64,000 nucleotides of DNA from contig MU004244.1 in assembly GCA_010405405.1 (NCBI GenBank), positions 251,895 to 315,894 of the forward strand, given 5' to 3'. The notes beneath the pieces were generated by a model. It was not told the DNA's origin and did no database searches. It saw only the letters and a list, made by a program, of their open reading frames with translations. A program made the position numbers and the translations under genes. Below are positions 49,898-61,651 of this stretch, piece after piece (positions within the stretch are counted from its first letter, which is position 1; every line of letters begins with the position of its first letter). This DNA is from Microthyrium microscopicum (lineage: Eukaryota).

Positions 49898-52800
49898 CTA
49901 GACCTCCTCATCTTCCAGACCCTCTTCTTCATCAGAAATGCCCACCATAGACTCCTCACCCTCTTCATCCTCAGGATCATACCCGCGGCCTTTTTTGCTG
50001 GAAGGTGTACTCGACTTCATGATATGTGCCTGATACATTTCGTCCAGCTCATGCTCTGGAATGCGATTCTGCACGTACTTGGCCAGCGCTTCAGCGAGCT
50101 GATCTACGACCTTTGCCATTGAACGATGTTCCCGCTTGGTACGTCCCATGTGGCTAGGATGTGGTACGCCAGGGGGGTGCGCCATGCTGGCCATCATATG
50201 TGGTGGTAAACCGGCCATGAGATGAGGCGGCATACTCGAGAACGGTTGAGAGTGCATCATCATATTATGTTGTGCTTGCGCTTGCAGTTGTGATAGTTCC
50301 AGAGCCTTTTGATGCTGTTGCATAGCAAGCATCTCCTGATCATGCAGCGCTTGCAGCTTTTGCTGGTGTACTTGCTTTTGGTGCAATAATGCTTGCTTTT
50401 CGGCAACTTGAGCTGCAGTGTTAGGCTCTTGAATAGAATTCCCCATGGATGTTGCAAGTGGTGTAGTTGGATTTGGGCTGATAGAAGCGTTGGAATTGTT
50501 ACTGTCCGATTTGGCTGGATTAGCAACAGGAACGAATCCTTGAACCTCCTCATTGAACTCTAGGTATATCTGCGCACCGGGTGTTGTATCGAGTACGGCG
50601 TTAGGTGGACCGTGGTACCACTGAGAATCCAAGTGCCCAAGCGGTTTTACGGGCAGTACCTGATGATAGAAAGGCCAAATATTGACCATGTCTACAGGTG
50701 CTGCCTGGACGATCTTTTTCCATCGGTCGATTGTGTGGGACTCGTCCTGAGCACTCATGCCAAGGATTTTGGTCAACTCTTCCCAGGACAGGCGAGGCGG
50801 TGGACGGTTTGCCAACTGCACAACCTGCGATCTCCAAGAAAGGATATGTGCTGGTAAAGTGTTTTGTATAGCTAAAGGAAAGGCTTCCGGCCAAAGAGGA
50901 AAATCCGAAGCGACGAGTTGACTGATTGACTGTGGTTTGATTTCTGGGGAATCCACAGATTTCGAGGATGAACTCGAAGAGTGTTTGTTGACTTTATCTT
51001 TCATCTGTCCCCACTTAGCAACAACTTTATCCTTGAACTTGGAAGGCTCAGGTGTCGTGGAACCCTGTATAGTTGCATATACATGAGCAGGTAAGACACT
51101 ATCAGGGTGATAAGGCCCTGTTTTTGATCCTGATTTCATTGCCTGACTGCTTTCACTGCCTTGCAAGACAGAATGTGGCGGCATACCGGTTGCTGTTGAT
51201 ATTCCGTTTCCAGAAGTGGACACGGTGGGATTCACAGTCCCATTGCCATGGATCGGCGCATTGTGATTTGGAATTGGAGGAGCGCTATAACCACTGTGCA
51301 TTGCGGCAGGAGACTGGTGCGGTTGGCCATGAGACCAGGCATACTGAAAAGTAGGATTCGTAGGTTGTTGCCACATCGAGAAGTCCAGATAATGCGAAGC
51401 TTGACTGTCAAGATGTTGTTTGTTCCAATCTTCGAGATTCATGGGTTCTGGGCTGGCACTGTAGAAATGTGGCTGTAAAGACTGAGGCGCTTGACCCTGG
51501 AAAGGTTGAGTTGGATAACCTTTGGGCATTATTTGTCCAGCCACCGGTGATTGGGAAGCTGCGGGAAAGCCAGCGAGCTTTGCATCACCAATCTTGGATG
51601 CTAGCTTCTGGCTCGGTTGGGCATTTTCTGTAGTTTTCGATTTAGACGAGGTCATCTTTTTGAGTGTTTTAGTTAAGGTGCTAGAGGCAGAGTGTACTCC
51701 TTGAAGAATAGTCGGCGCTATTGTAGGGGGTCCTGGCGGCCGAGGAGGTCTCAATGAAGCATCTTTCGCATCTTTCGCCCATCGATTTGCTGTGTAGATG
51801 ATACGATCTGTGTTGGTCAAGAAATGCTTCTCAAGCACGTCTGTCCATATACTCTTGGAACCATCGACAAGGACTTTGGCCCAAGGTAGCAGAGCATACT
51901 CAACAGTCAAATGTCGAATATTATGATTGTATTTGAAAGACGCTTCGGATCCAACATGATGTTCTCGACCAGGTTCGTTGCACCACGGCTCTTCGCATAG
52001 TACCATGGACTGTAACGAGACGAATATTTGGAGCATTGTGGAGACATTGGGTCGCCACGGCTCTCCAGACCATGTTCCCAACAAACTCAAGCAAACCTTG
52101 CCATCCCGGTAGAGATTGGGATTGAAGTGCGCTTGTCCACCTCCCGTTGTTTTGAACTTGACCTTTGGAGGTGAGGCTGGATAGTTGGCCGGACAGATAA
52201 TGTCAAATTCAAACAATCCATTTTCATAAGGAGTTCCCATTGGACCAACAATCAAGCATTTTAGGACGTCAACCCGCGACGATGCATATCGTACATATAC
52301 TCCCGACGGAAGTGCTGTCTGCATTGAAGTGATTTCCATGACCAATGCCTTCATTCGTCCTCGAGCAACGGTTATCGCAACCTCAGCTTCACTTTTGAAG
52401 TTATGAGTTGCCAAGATATCCTGGTCTGAGACTTCTGCAATGCAGTTTTCCCGGTGCCACTCGATGTGCTCGAGATCGAACGATGTTTTGTCCTCCGGGC
52501 CTCCCACCGTCGGAACCTGAGATTGTGAGGATGGCGAAATTGGAGTACCAATGGCACTATTTGCTCGCAGGTAATCGTTCAGTTCCATGATACGTTCACA
52601 AATGTAGACAGTTTCCTGAGTGTCCTCATCTAGCTCAAGAGCATAAGTTCTCGCTTGTCGAGCAAATGCATCGGCTTGTCTCGCCAAGGTCTTCATGATA
52701 TTTGAAATGCTCTGGTACTTGTCCTCGTCATTCTCTGCCTGTAGAGGTTTTGTCAAGGAAATCAACTCTCCATGGGACAAGCCTAGGAGGCCGGAGGACT

Positions 52801-54370
52801 CAGAGTATGACACTCGCTCTTCGTAGAGCGCTCGAGCTGTAGCAGGATGGTCCAATATGTGTGTGACGAAGGTTATGAGTGTATTATACAACCCTCTGCG
52901 TGTGGATATATTTTCGATGGAATCGTTTCGTAGGAGTTCCGCTACCGTATCAAGTACTGCCGATCGGCGCAGCATTGCCATTAGAAACTCCGCGCCAGGC
53001 TGACAGTCATAATCTGTAGAGGATGTAATGCTTGGAAGGGCGTGTCCCAGAACTGTGAAAAGTCGATTTGGGCGATCATCCTTGCTGTTTACCGCTGTTG
53101 GATCATAAGCAGTCTGTGGTTGGCGACCGCGACGATGGTGTTCCCCATATCCAATACCTAATTTCAGTTTGGCCGACGATCCAGAGGCTCCAGATTTCTT
53201 AACAGTCTCAGAGGACCATGATTTGTCTTTTCGTTGTTCCGTGGTACAAAGCAAAGCCCAGATCATGAAGACACGGCTCTCATCACAATGATATTCCAAG
53301 GTCATATCTTCAAAGGTCGTCGAATTGTTAAGTGAGGGTGCAGCTCCGCAGCCCATGCACACTTCAAATTTGCAATTTCGACATACTATTGTTGATCGAA
53401 ACTTGTAATCCTTGAACCATGTCGTGCTGAGAGATCTGACGAACTGGCTAATGTCATGAATGACTGGTCGTTCGCACTTTGGACATCTACGCTTGTAGAT
53501 TTGCTGCCCGTAATTTTTGATCAGCTCGCAGTCTTGCTGAGATTGAGGTATGAGAGGCTGTGCTGAGCTGTCAAGAGCCATAGCATTGGCGGCATCATAC
53601 TCGGCATCACTTTCTAATTGTAGCAACTTGGCGAGCTCGTGGTCTTTTGATGTCATGTCGATACCAGGAATGGTGTCGGGGTTATAAGATTCATTCGAAG
53701 ACTGACGATCGAGTCGAGTTGCCGCGTCCATAGCCTGGTTAAACTCCTCGTCGTTCTTGAACACATCTTTGTTCCATTCCGAAGACCATTCAGAATTCTC
53801 AAGCTTTTGCTTCTTAGTTGAGGAACTTGAGGATTCTGCCAATGGAGGCTCCGGTTCGGTCTGAGAGTCTAGCATTTCCTGGAGCTGCACCGCGTATTGA
53901 TAATCCTCCTCAATGGAAGTACTCATCGAGCTGTGCTCGCTATTCACGGAGGCGATGGAAGATTTTGGTAATCCCAGATTGAATGTCGTAGGCTCGGGCT
54001 CTGGGGAGGAATCGATAGTGAGATCAACATAGACCTTAGGCTTGGGATCGGATCTAACGACCGCTGGAATCGAAGAATTTCCACCGGGTGTAGCGGGTGT
54101 TGGAGATTTGTGTAAAGATTTGGCGGATGCTGTGTCATTCGGGTGTGTTTGCGTCATGAATTCTTCTTCCTGGGATTTGTTAGTGCGGTGAAAGAAAAGC
54201 CCACCGCGCTTCATGGATGCCATCAAGTGCGCTGGGAGCCATAACGCGCTTTCGTCAAGACGTACCGACATGATGGTTGACTTGGAGCCAACGGTTTCTG
54301 TGCTTGGAGTCCAAGGTGGACCACTATTGTTACTATTGGAGAGCTTCCGCTTCAAATTGCCATTAGCCAT
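49898..54370 (-). CDS. Large ubiquitin-conjugating (E2) enzyme, BIRC6/UBE2Z/UBE2O-type UBC domain, about 1458 aa; probable 96-nt intron 54265-54170
   Basis: LIVGPMGTPYENGLFEFDI..YPASPPKV..FNPNLYRDGKVCLSLLGTWSGEPW, with catalytic Cys at 52093-52091. The first ATG is at 54370; the ORF-track TTG start lies inside a 5'UTR intron. Confidence 0.88.
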   Translation of the reverse strand: MANGNLKRKLSNSNNSGPPWTPSTETVGSKSTIMSVRLDESALWLPAHLMASMKRGGLFFHRTNKSQEEEFMTQTHPNDTASAKSLHKSPTPATPGGNSSIPAVVRSDPKPKVYVDLTIDSSPEPEPTTFNLGLPKSSIASVNSEHSSMSTSIEEDYQYAVQLQEMLDSQTEPEPPLAESSSSSTKKQKLENSEWSSEWNKDVFKNDEEFNQAMDAATRLDRQSSNESYNPDTIPGIDMTSKDHELAKLLQLESDAEYDAANAMALDSSAQPLIPQSQQDCELIKNYGQQIYKRRCPKCERPVIHDISQFVRSLSTTWFKDYKFRSTIVCRNCKFEVCMGCGAAPSLNNSTTFEDMTLEYHCDESRVFMIWALLCTTEQRKDKSWSSETVKKSGASGSSAKLKLGIGYGEHHRRGRQPQTAYDPTAVNSKDDRPNRLFTVLGHALPSITSSTDYDCQPGAEFLMAMLRRSAVLDTVAELLRNDSIENISTRRGLYNTLITFVTHILDHPATARALYEERVSYSESSGLLGLSHGELISLTKPLQAENDEDKYQSISNIMKTLARQADAFARQARTYALELDEDTQETVYICERIMELNDYLRANSAIGTPISPSSQSQVPTVGGPEDKTSFDLEHIEWHRENCIAEVSDQDILATHNFKSEAEVAITVARGRMKALVMEITSMQTALPSGVYVRYASSRVDVLKCLIVGPMGTPYENGLFEFDIICPANYPASPPKVKFKTTGGGQAHFNPNLYRDGKVCLSLLGTWSGEPWRPNVSTMLQIFVSLQSMVLCEEPWCNEPGREHHVGSEASFKYNHNIRHLTVEYALLPWAKVLVDGSKSIWTDVLEKHFLTNTDRIIYTANRWAKDAKDASLRPPRPPGPPTIAPTILQGVHSASSTLTKTLKKMTSSKSKTTENAQPSQKLASKIGDAKLAGFPAASQSPVAGQIMPKGYPTQPFQGQAPQSLQPHFYSASPEPMNLEDWNKQHLDSQASHYLDFSMWQQPTNPTFQYAWSHGQPHQSPAAMHSGYSAPPIPNHNAPIHGNGTVNPTVSTSGNGISTATGMPPHSVLQGSESSQAMKSGSKTGPYHPDSVLPAHVYATIQGSTTPEPSKFKDKVVAKWGQMKDKVNKHSSSSSSKSVDSPEIKPQSISQLVASDFPLWPEAFPLAIQNTLPAHILSWRSQVVQLANRPPPRLSWEELTKILGMSAQDESHTIDRWKKIVQAAPVDMVNIWPFYHQVLPVKPLGHLDSQWYHGPPNAVLDTTPGAQIYLEFNEEVQGFVPVANPAKSDSNNSNASISPNPTTPLATSMGNSIQEPNTAAQVAEKQALLHQKQVHQQKLQALHDQEMLAMQQHQKALELSQLQAQAQHNMMMHSQPFSSMPPHLMAGLPPHMMASMAHPPGVPHPSHMGRTKREHRSMAKVVDQLAEALAKYVQNRIPEHELDEMYQAHIMKSSTPSSKKGRGYDPEDEEGEESMVGISDEEEGLEDEEV
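54200..54244 (-). repeat. Intronic 45-nt hairpin motif, copy 2 (in intron 54265-54170)
   Basis: TTATGGCTCCCAGCGCACTTGATGGCATCCATGAAGCGCGGTGGG; 38/45 identical to copy 1. Confidence 0.85.
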
Positions 54371-54513
54371 ATCTGACAGTACCTCAGGCTTGTCTGGCAG
54401 ATTGGCGACAAAATATCGCAGGCTCTGAACTAATCTGTTAGTGAAGACTACCAAAATGTGGTATCAAACCCAGAAATGCGATGAAAAAGTAAATGACCAT
54501 TTGGGTGCAAAGT

Positions 54514-54558
54514 CCCATCGCGCTTCATGGTAGCCATAGATTGCGATGGGAGCCATAA
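54514..54558 (-). repeat. Intronic 45-nt hairpin motif, copy 1 (in 5'UTR intron 54607-54430)
   Basis: TTATGGCTCCCATCGCAATCTATGGCTACCATGAAGCGCGATGGG; outer stem CCCATCGC/GCGATGGG, inner stem ATGG/CCAT. Confidence 0.85.
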
Positions 54559-55951
54559 GATGGAATGGTGAAAAGGTGAGATTGATAAAAATGGGACATT
54601 TGCGTACCAAAGTAAGCTCAACAGGCCTGAAAGAGCTGTTCGAGACGAGTTTCGATGTCGTGTCAAGCGTGCAACAACTATATCATGGCTGTTGACGTGC
54701 CAGTAACGGATGATAAATGGCGCAGGCACGGTTTCCAAGGACGTCGAGAGGTGTTCAAAAGAAGTACTGGAGATTTCAAAGTGGGATGACTGACCGGATT
54801 TGGTGACAAGCGGATGAATAGGCTGAACCGGAGTTGGCAGTGGGCAAAGTTGAAGGCGGCTTCTGGCTACCCAGTGAGGGACTGACGTTCAGCAAGGTTG
54901 AATGGGGTGCTGCTAAAGTGAGAGATCAAGTCTGCGGTATTAAGATTGAGTATCGAAGAATAAATTAGTGGGAGGTTGATTAAAGAGCGGGCGGTTGGAG
55001 GATTTGATGAAGATGAGTCTCAGAGGATTGGTTTGCTTGCTTGCTGGCTGTCTCATGGGGCGATACGGTAGGCAGGCTGCAGTTGGCAGGTGCAGGAGGG
55101 GTGTCACTTCCTCAAGCTGCGATCAATGCTGGTAGCTACTACCTGTTATCAAGGTAAAGTAGCTAATGAGGCAGACTTGAGGTGCAAGATCAATTATAGA
55201 AAGCAGCATTCGAGAGGGTTGGGAGGATCACCAAGTGGAGAAGGCCAGCGCATAATAGAGATGCTATCAGGATGGATCACAGATGAGGTTAAGAGCATGA
55301 GGGGTCGCAACCGAATCACAGACCAGTCAGTTCCAGATCAGGCTGAACTGATCCAACCTTATTATGCACTTGTTACGCTGTCAACCTTGGGGGTTTTCTG
55401 CTTTTATCAGAGAATTAATAACAGCTTGAAAACTCATCCCAATGTTTATGTATCTTGACTCCCAACGCATTCAATAAGAAATCGAGCGTTTCATGCACTT
55501 GATGGGAAACACAGTCCATAGTAATAAAGCGTAGCAGATGGTAGACATCACACTTGATGGTGGCGTGCTGATGATTTGTCGTCTGGTTGACTGCCTCAGA
55601 TATTAACAATAGAACAAAATACCGTAGTAGGTACAATTTTAGGTATTCAGTTTTTACGAAAGAGTGATGGCTATCATCGTCGTTGAGGGGATGGCCTTCC
55701 ATTTATTCTACGAAGCATGATCCTGGTCATCCTGGTCATTGGTCGTAGCTCATCGAAGTCCGGGAAGACTAGCCCATAAAAGCTAGCTGCATGTTCGCGC
55801 CTGCCTGACGTGCCGGGCACTCAGGCTAAAACGTCATCCCTGCAACTTTAAACATTGACCGCGGGTGTAAACAAAACAATCGGAAACAGACACTTTGTGA
55901 TATTTCTCCATCGCGAACCCATACTGACCCCACAGCATTCCAACAATAAAC

Positions 55952-58900
55952 ATGAGGGTCATAGAGGTTGTCATAGACGGCTTCAAGTCGTACGCCGTTC
56001 GTACTGTTATTTCAGGATGGTATGTCTTGCCCCAGCGCCTGCGCACTCGCCCAGTGAGTAGACTGACACGATCATAGGGATGAAAGCTTCAACTCCATCA
56101 CCGGGCTCAACGGCTCCGGCAAGTCCAACATTCTCGATGCCATATGCTTCGTGCTCGGCATCACGAACATGAGCACCGTCCGCGCTCAGAACCTTCAAGA
56201 TCTTATATATAAACGCGGTCAAGCTGGCGTCACGAAAGCCTCCGTAACCATCGTCTTTGACAATCGCGACAAGGCGAAATCACCCATCGGTTTCGAGGAA
56301 TACGCGCAGATTTCGGTGACGCGTCAGATCGTGCTTGGTGGCACGTCCAAATACTTGATCAATGGCCATCGCGCGCAGCAACAGACTGTGCAGAACCTGT
56401 TCCAAAGTGTCCAGCTCAACATCAACAACCCCAATTTCTTGATTATGCAGGGTCGTATCACAAAGGTGCTCAACATGAAGCCCGTTGAGATTTTGGCCAT
56501 GATTGAGGAGGCTGCTGGTACGCGCATGTACGAGGATCGGAGAGACAAAGCGTTGAAAAATATGGCAAAGAAGGAGCTCAAAGTACAAGAGATTGCGAGC
56601 TTGCTCAAGGACGAGATAGACCCCAAACTTGATAAATTACGGCAGGAGAAACGCGCTTTTCTTGACTTTCAACAAACACAATCCGATATGGAGCGATTAA
56701 CCAAGTTAGTTGTTGCCTACGACTACGTCCGCGGAACCGAGAAGCAACAACAAGCGATCGAGCAATTGGAGGCGCAAAAGCAACGGGAAAAAGATCTTGA
56801 AGAATCTGCTATACGGCTCAAGAACGAGATTGAACTACTGCACGAAGATATCAAGAAAATCAAAGCTGAGCGCGAAAAGGAGCTTCGCAAAGGTGGCAAG
56901 TTCCAAGCATTGGAGGAAGAAGTCAAAGCCCATTCACATGAGATTGTCCGTCTCACAACATCAATCGACCTCAAGAAAGCAAGTCTTTCAGAAGAGGAAG
57001 AGAAAAGATCCAGAGTGCAGGCCAGTATAAAAGAGCTCGAAGCGCAACTTACACAAAAGAAGTCACACCACGAAGCTATCCAGCAACAATATGACGCCGC
57101 CCACACCGACGTCGCGAAGCAAACCGAGGAATACGAGACGAAAGAAGAGCTCTACCAAAGTCTCCAAACTGGTGTTGCTTCACAGGAAGGTCAAGAAGGT
57201 GGTTACCACGGCCAACTTCAAGACGCCAAAAGCCGCGCCTCCACAGCCTCAACAGAGCAAGAACAAGCCAAACTCAAGATCACTCATCTCGAAAAGCAAA
57301 TCAAAGAGGAAGAGCCCAAAGCCAAGAAAGCGAAAGAGCAAAATGCCGGCCTTTCCAAAGAAATGGAGACCCTCAAAGCACAAGCTAAGAAACTCGAAAA
57401 GGATCTCTCAAAACTTGGGTTTGAGCCTGGCCAAGAAGAAGACATGCAAAAGGAAGAATCTACACTCCAGAAACGCATTCGCGAGCTACGCGAGCAAGCA
57501 GACGGACTAAAGCGCAAGGTCGCAAATATTGACTTTTCTTACACCGACCCAAGCCCCAACTTTGATCGCTCAACTGTGAAGGGCCTAGTCGCTCAGCTCT
57601 TCACACTCGAGAAGGCACACTTACGCGCCGGCACGGCTCTTGAAATCTGCGCAGGCGGCAGATTATACAACGTGGTTGTCGATAAGGCTGCCACTGGCAC
57701 ACAGTTACTGCAAAATGGCAAGCTCCGCAAACGTGTAACAATCATTCCGCTTGACAAGATTGCAGCTTTCCGCGCTTCGTCAGAGAAGGTTGGCGCAGCT
57801 CAGAATTTGGCACCGGGCAAAGTTGATCTGGCCTTGTCACTGGTTGGCTTCGAAGACGAGGTAAACGCGGCCATGGAGTATGTGTTCGGCTCAACACTCA
57901 TCTGTGATGATGCCGAGACCGCAAAGAAAGTCACCTTTGATCCAGCTGTGCGGATGAAGAGCGTCACGCTCGAAGGAGATGTATATGATCCGGCAGGCAC
58001 ACTCTCTGGTGGCAGTGCGCCGCAGAGCAGTGGTGTGCTTGTGACATTACAGAAACTCAACGAGATTACTTCAGAGCTTACGACTAAGGAGCGTGCTTTG
58101 GGACTTTTGCAGTCGACTATGGCACGAGAGAAGAAGAAGCTAGATGGTGCCAGACAGATCAAGCAAGAGCTCGATCTAAAAGAGCATGAAATCAAACTTG
58201 CTGAGCAGCAGATTTCTTCCAACTCAGCCACCACTATCATCCAGGCTGTCGAGGAGATGAAATCGACCATCGCACAGCTCAAAGAAAGCATTTCAGACGC
58301 CAAAGCCCGCCACGCCGAAGCCATCAAAGACGTCAAGCGCATCGAGCGCGATATGAGCGAGTTCAATAACAACAAGGGTAGCAAACTTGCCGAATTGAAA
58401 TCCTCCTTGGACAAGCTTAAAAAGGCCCTCACCAAAAGCAACGCCTCCATCAAACCTCTCCAGCAAGAAATGCGTGAAGCCATGGTCGATGCCGAGCAAT
58501 GCGGCGGTGACCTGGCCTCGGCCCAAGAACAACTGCAAGACTGCGATGTCACCCTAACAGCGCAGAACGACGAAATCAACAGCCTGGTAGCCGAGCAAAG
58601 CCGGACGAAAGAAGCACACGACTATGCTCAAGCAAGCCTTGAAGAAGAACAGGCTAAGCTCTCCTGCTTCGACGACGAGCTCCAATCCCTCGAAAGCGCC
58701 ATCCGCAGCAAAAACGCCACCATCACCGAAGAATCCCTCGAGCAGCAAAAACTCGGGCATACCGTTGACAAGCTCACGAAAGAGCAGGCCTCCGCCACTC
58801 AACTCCTAGCCTCCCTCCACAAAGAACACGACTGGATCGCCGACGAAGCAGACCAATTCGGTCGCGCCGGCACACCATACCACTTTGGCGCTCAAAACAT

Positions 58901-59599
58901 GGGCGAGTGTCGAGCCTCCCTCAAGAACGTGTTGGAGCGCGTACAAGGCATGAAGAAGAAAATCAATCCCAAAGTCATGAACATGATTGATAATGTGGAG
59001 AAGAAAGAGGCATCGCTCAAGAATAAGATGCGCACAGTCATTCGTGATAAGAAGAAGATCGAGGAGACTATCGAAGAGCTTGATCGATATAAGAAGGATG
59101 CATTGCATAAGACCTGGGAAAAGGTCAATGGGGACTTTGGCCAGATATTCAATGAGCTGCTGCCGGGCAGTTTTGCGAAGTTGGATCCGCCGGAGAATAA
59201 GGAGATTAGTGATGGGTTGGAGGTAAAGGTTTCGTTGGGTAAGGTGTGGAAGCAGAGTCTTACGGAACTCAGTGGTGGTCAACGGTAGGTCCTTCTCTTC
59301 CTTTCTCCTCGGGTCATCACACTAACGATGTCAGTTCTCTCATCGCATTATCACTCATCATGGCATTGCTCCAGTTCAAGCCAGCACCCATGTATATTCT
59401 CGATGAGGTCGATGCTGCGCTGGACTTGTCGCACACACAGAACATCGGACGTCTAATCAAGACACGCTTCAAGGGCAGTCAATTTATCGTCGTCAGTTTG
59501 AAGGATGGCATGTTCCAAAACGCCAACCGTATCTTCCGGACGCGCTTTATGGATGGCACAAGTGTGGTGCAAGCTTTGACAGCAGCGGATTTGAAGTAA
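55952..59599 (+). CDS. SMC2: Condensin subunit SMC2 (exons 55952-56019, 56078-59284, 59335-59599)
   Basis: [15 protein letters not shown], Walker [20 protein letters not shown], hinge [19 protein letters not shown], signature LSGGQRS, Walker [13 protein letters not shown]. Confidence 0.98.
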
Positions 59600-61651
59600 T
59601 CTCTGAGTGTAGTAGTAATGATGCATTTTCTGCATGGCGTCTTGGCTGGGCTTGGACATGATGATCGCATGAGTTTATGTTGGGTTGGACATAGTTGGAA
59701 TATGCATATACTTTTTCAAAAGAACCTCTCGTCGTTGCTTTTCCTCGAGGAGTTCGAATGCATTCTTACGGCATGCGGTTGAGTATCCACCCCCTCTTTC
59801 AACTTGATCTTATTCTAGTGATTTGCAATTGGACTGCAGGAGTTTTTGATATGGAAAATCTTTGTGTACTTCAAATGTTAGCGACCTATTGATGCCGTTT
59901 TCACAATTTCGATTTCTCTCCTTGCTTTGTCACAGGCTCTCAACGGACCGAAGAGCGTACCTAATGCTGCTTTTCTCTTCTGCCTTTGCTTGTTCTATTG
60001 AGCAAGCGCTTTCTCGTGTAAATATTTCAATAACCATTGTCGTCCCCTCCATAGATGCCTCATAGGGCAGCTTGAACGAGTCAACGATCCGAGGTTCAAC
60101 CATCCAGCTTGCCATAATGATCGTCGATCTCACAACATTGGTTCAGGTACTCTAGCCACGCGACAGCTCGCGAGGGCGGAAATGTGAGGCAGGAGGTTAC
60201 CGAACCAAACTGTATGCAAATCTAGACGATAACAGGGTCTCTTATCGTTGGATTCTTAACCAACATGTTGAGGGGAGAAGTGATGTTGGTGGTGTTCTAT
60301 TTTTAGCAACCACCATCTTCCCTCCTTTTTCAAGCAACCAACTCCTCCTTTCCATTCGTATATACGGCTAGCGGGGTAAGAGGTGATGATATTACGGTCA
60401 GATCAAAGTTTGAAACAATATCAACAGTTATTTACAAAAGAAATGACAGTCTGGAGATGGAGTTGCGCGTCCTCGCAGCGAGTCGCAGAGCTTTAGGATG
60501 CTTGGCACTGCAGCCCCTTGTTCCTCGGCCAGTTTTGGTGGCTTTCTACTGGTTCTACGTCATATCAAGCATCGCGAACTACCTGTTTGGATCCAAGAGA
60601 TATGCACCAGACTTGGTAGCGTCTGCTCCTACACACGAGGGTTAATGCGCCAAACGCCCGCGCCGCTGCAAGATTGATCTTGTTTAGAGGCCATTCGCCC
60701 TATGAAGATAATGAAGCTGCAGCTACTACACTAGAGCCTCCAAACACTGGAATCCGGCCAGTCAAGCAATCTCATATCATACATATGCATTGTTAAGCTG
60801 CCTTGTTGCGGCGAAGCCTCCTCTGTTCAGGACACTTCAAATTATGCACAGTTGTACGATAACACATGTATGGACCACTAGACTAAAACTCTGCCGACTA
60901 GTCAACCTTACAACTGCTAAGAATTCACAGGGCCCTGGTCCTAACATGATCGCCAGCTTATCTTTCTCTCTGCCTTGGTCACATCCTGGTACACAAGTCA
61001 ACAACATACAACTACATCTCCTGCAAAAAACACAAACACTTCCCGAGCTCAGCTCTCTCCTCTAGCTTTTGCACTTTGAGGGTCGCCGGGACCCGCCTTT
61101 ACAGGTCTGACATTTACTCCGGATATCCTATGTCAAAAGTGGCATAGGAGCCCACTCTTTTACTTAACCTGACAGTCTGAATGGTGAATCAACAACACCA
61201 CACAAGCCAGTATCGGATATTTCTTATCCACTTTGCATAGCTCTTGCTTGGTACCTTGAGCTGTAGAGCTTCAACAACTTCCTGCTGCCAGAGCTATCTT
61301 TGGCGGGAAGGTCCGAAGTAACTTCAAATTCGGCAGCTTCGAACCATACAGACTGGCGCTTCGTCTGGGAAAATCGTGCCTGTTGGACTTTTCGTGGATT
61401 GGACTTTCCACTTTACGAGATCTAGTATCGCAATTTCCCGGATTGTCCTAGAGCTGAATCAAGACTGAAGCCGAAAGCTTGTGAGCTGGTTCGACTACTC
61501 TTCGCATTCATGAAACCTATCCATCAATTCGCACCCTCAGTATATAATCCTATACATCCCCAAAGATATCCTCCCAACCCTTATCGACCTTATCAACTTT
61601 ACTCTTATCTTTTTCCTGTCTATTGGCGTTCGAGGCGGAAATCCGCTCATC

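Noticed and set aside
54448..54738. Upstream ORF (LWLPSQSMATMKRDG..LFHR) resembling LWLPAHLMASMKRGG..FFHR in the E2 ORF, suggesting a protein repeat plus a frameshift
   Set aside because: Both segments lie inside GT..CACTAAC..AG introns and their differences are mostly non-synonymous, so the similarity is better explained at the RNA level.
56280..59282. Long antisense and alternate-frame ORFs over SMC2 (and similar ones over RPS14, AAR2, THO1, PTR2)
   Set aside because: Shadow ORFs produced by the codon bias of the real genes; no independent motifs.
59695..61500. Short ORFs between SMC2 and the thaumatin-like gene
   Set aside because: No motifs; consistent with terminator and promoter sequence.
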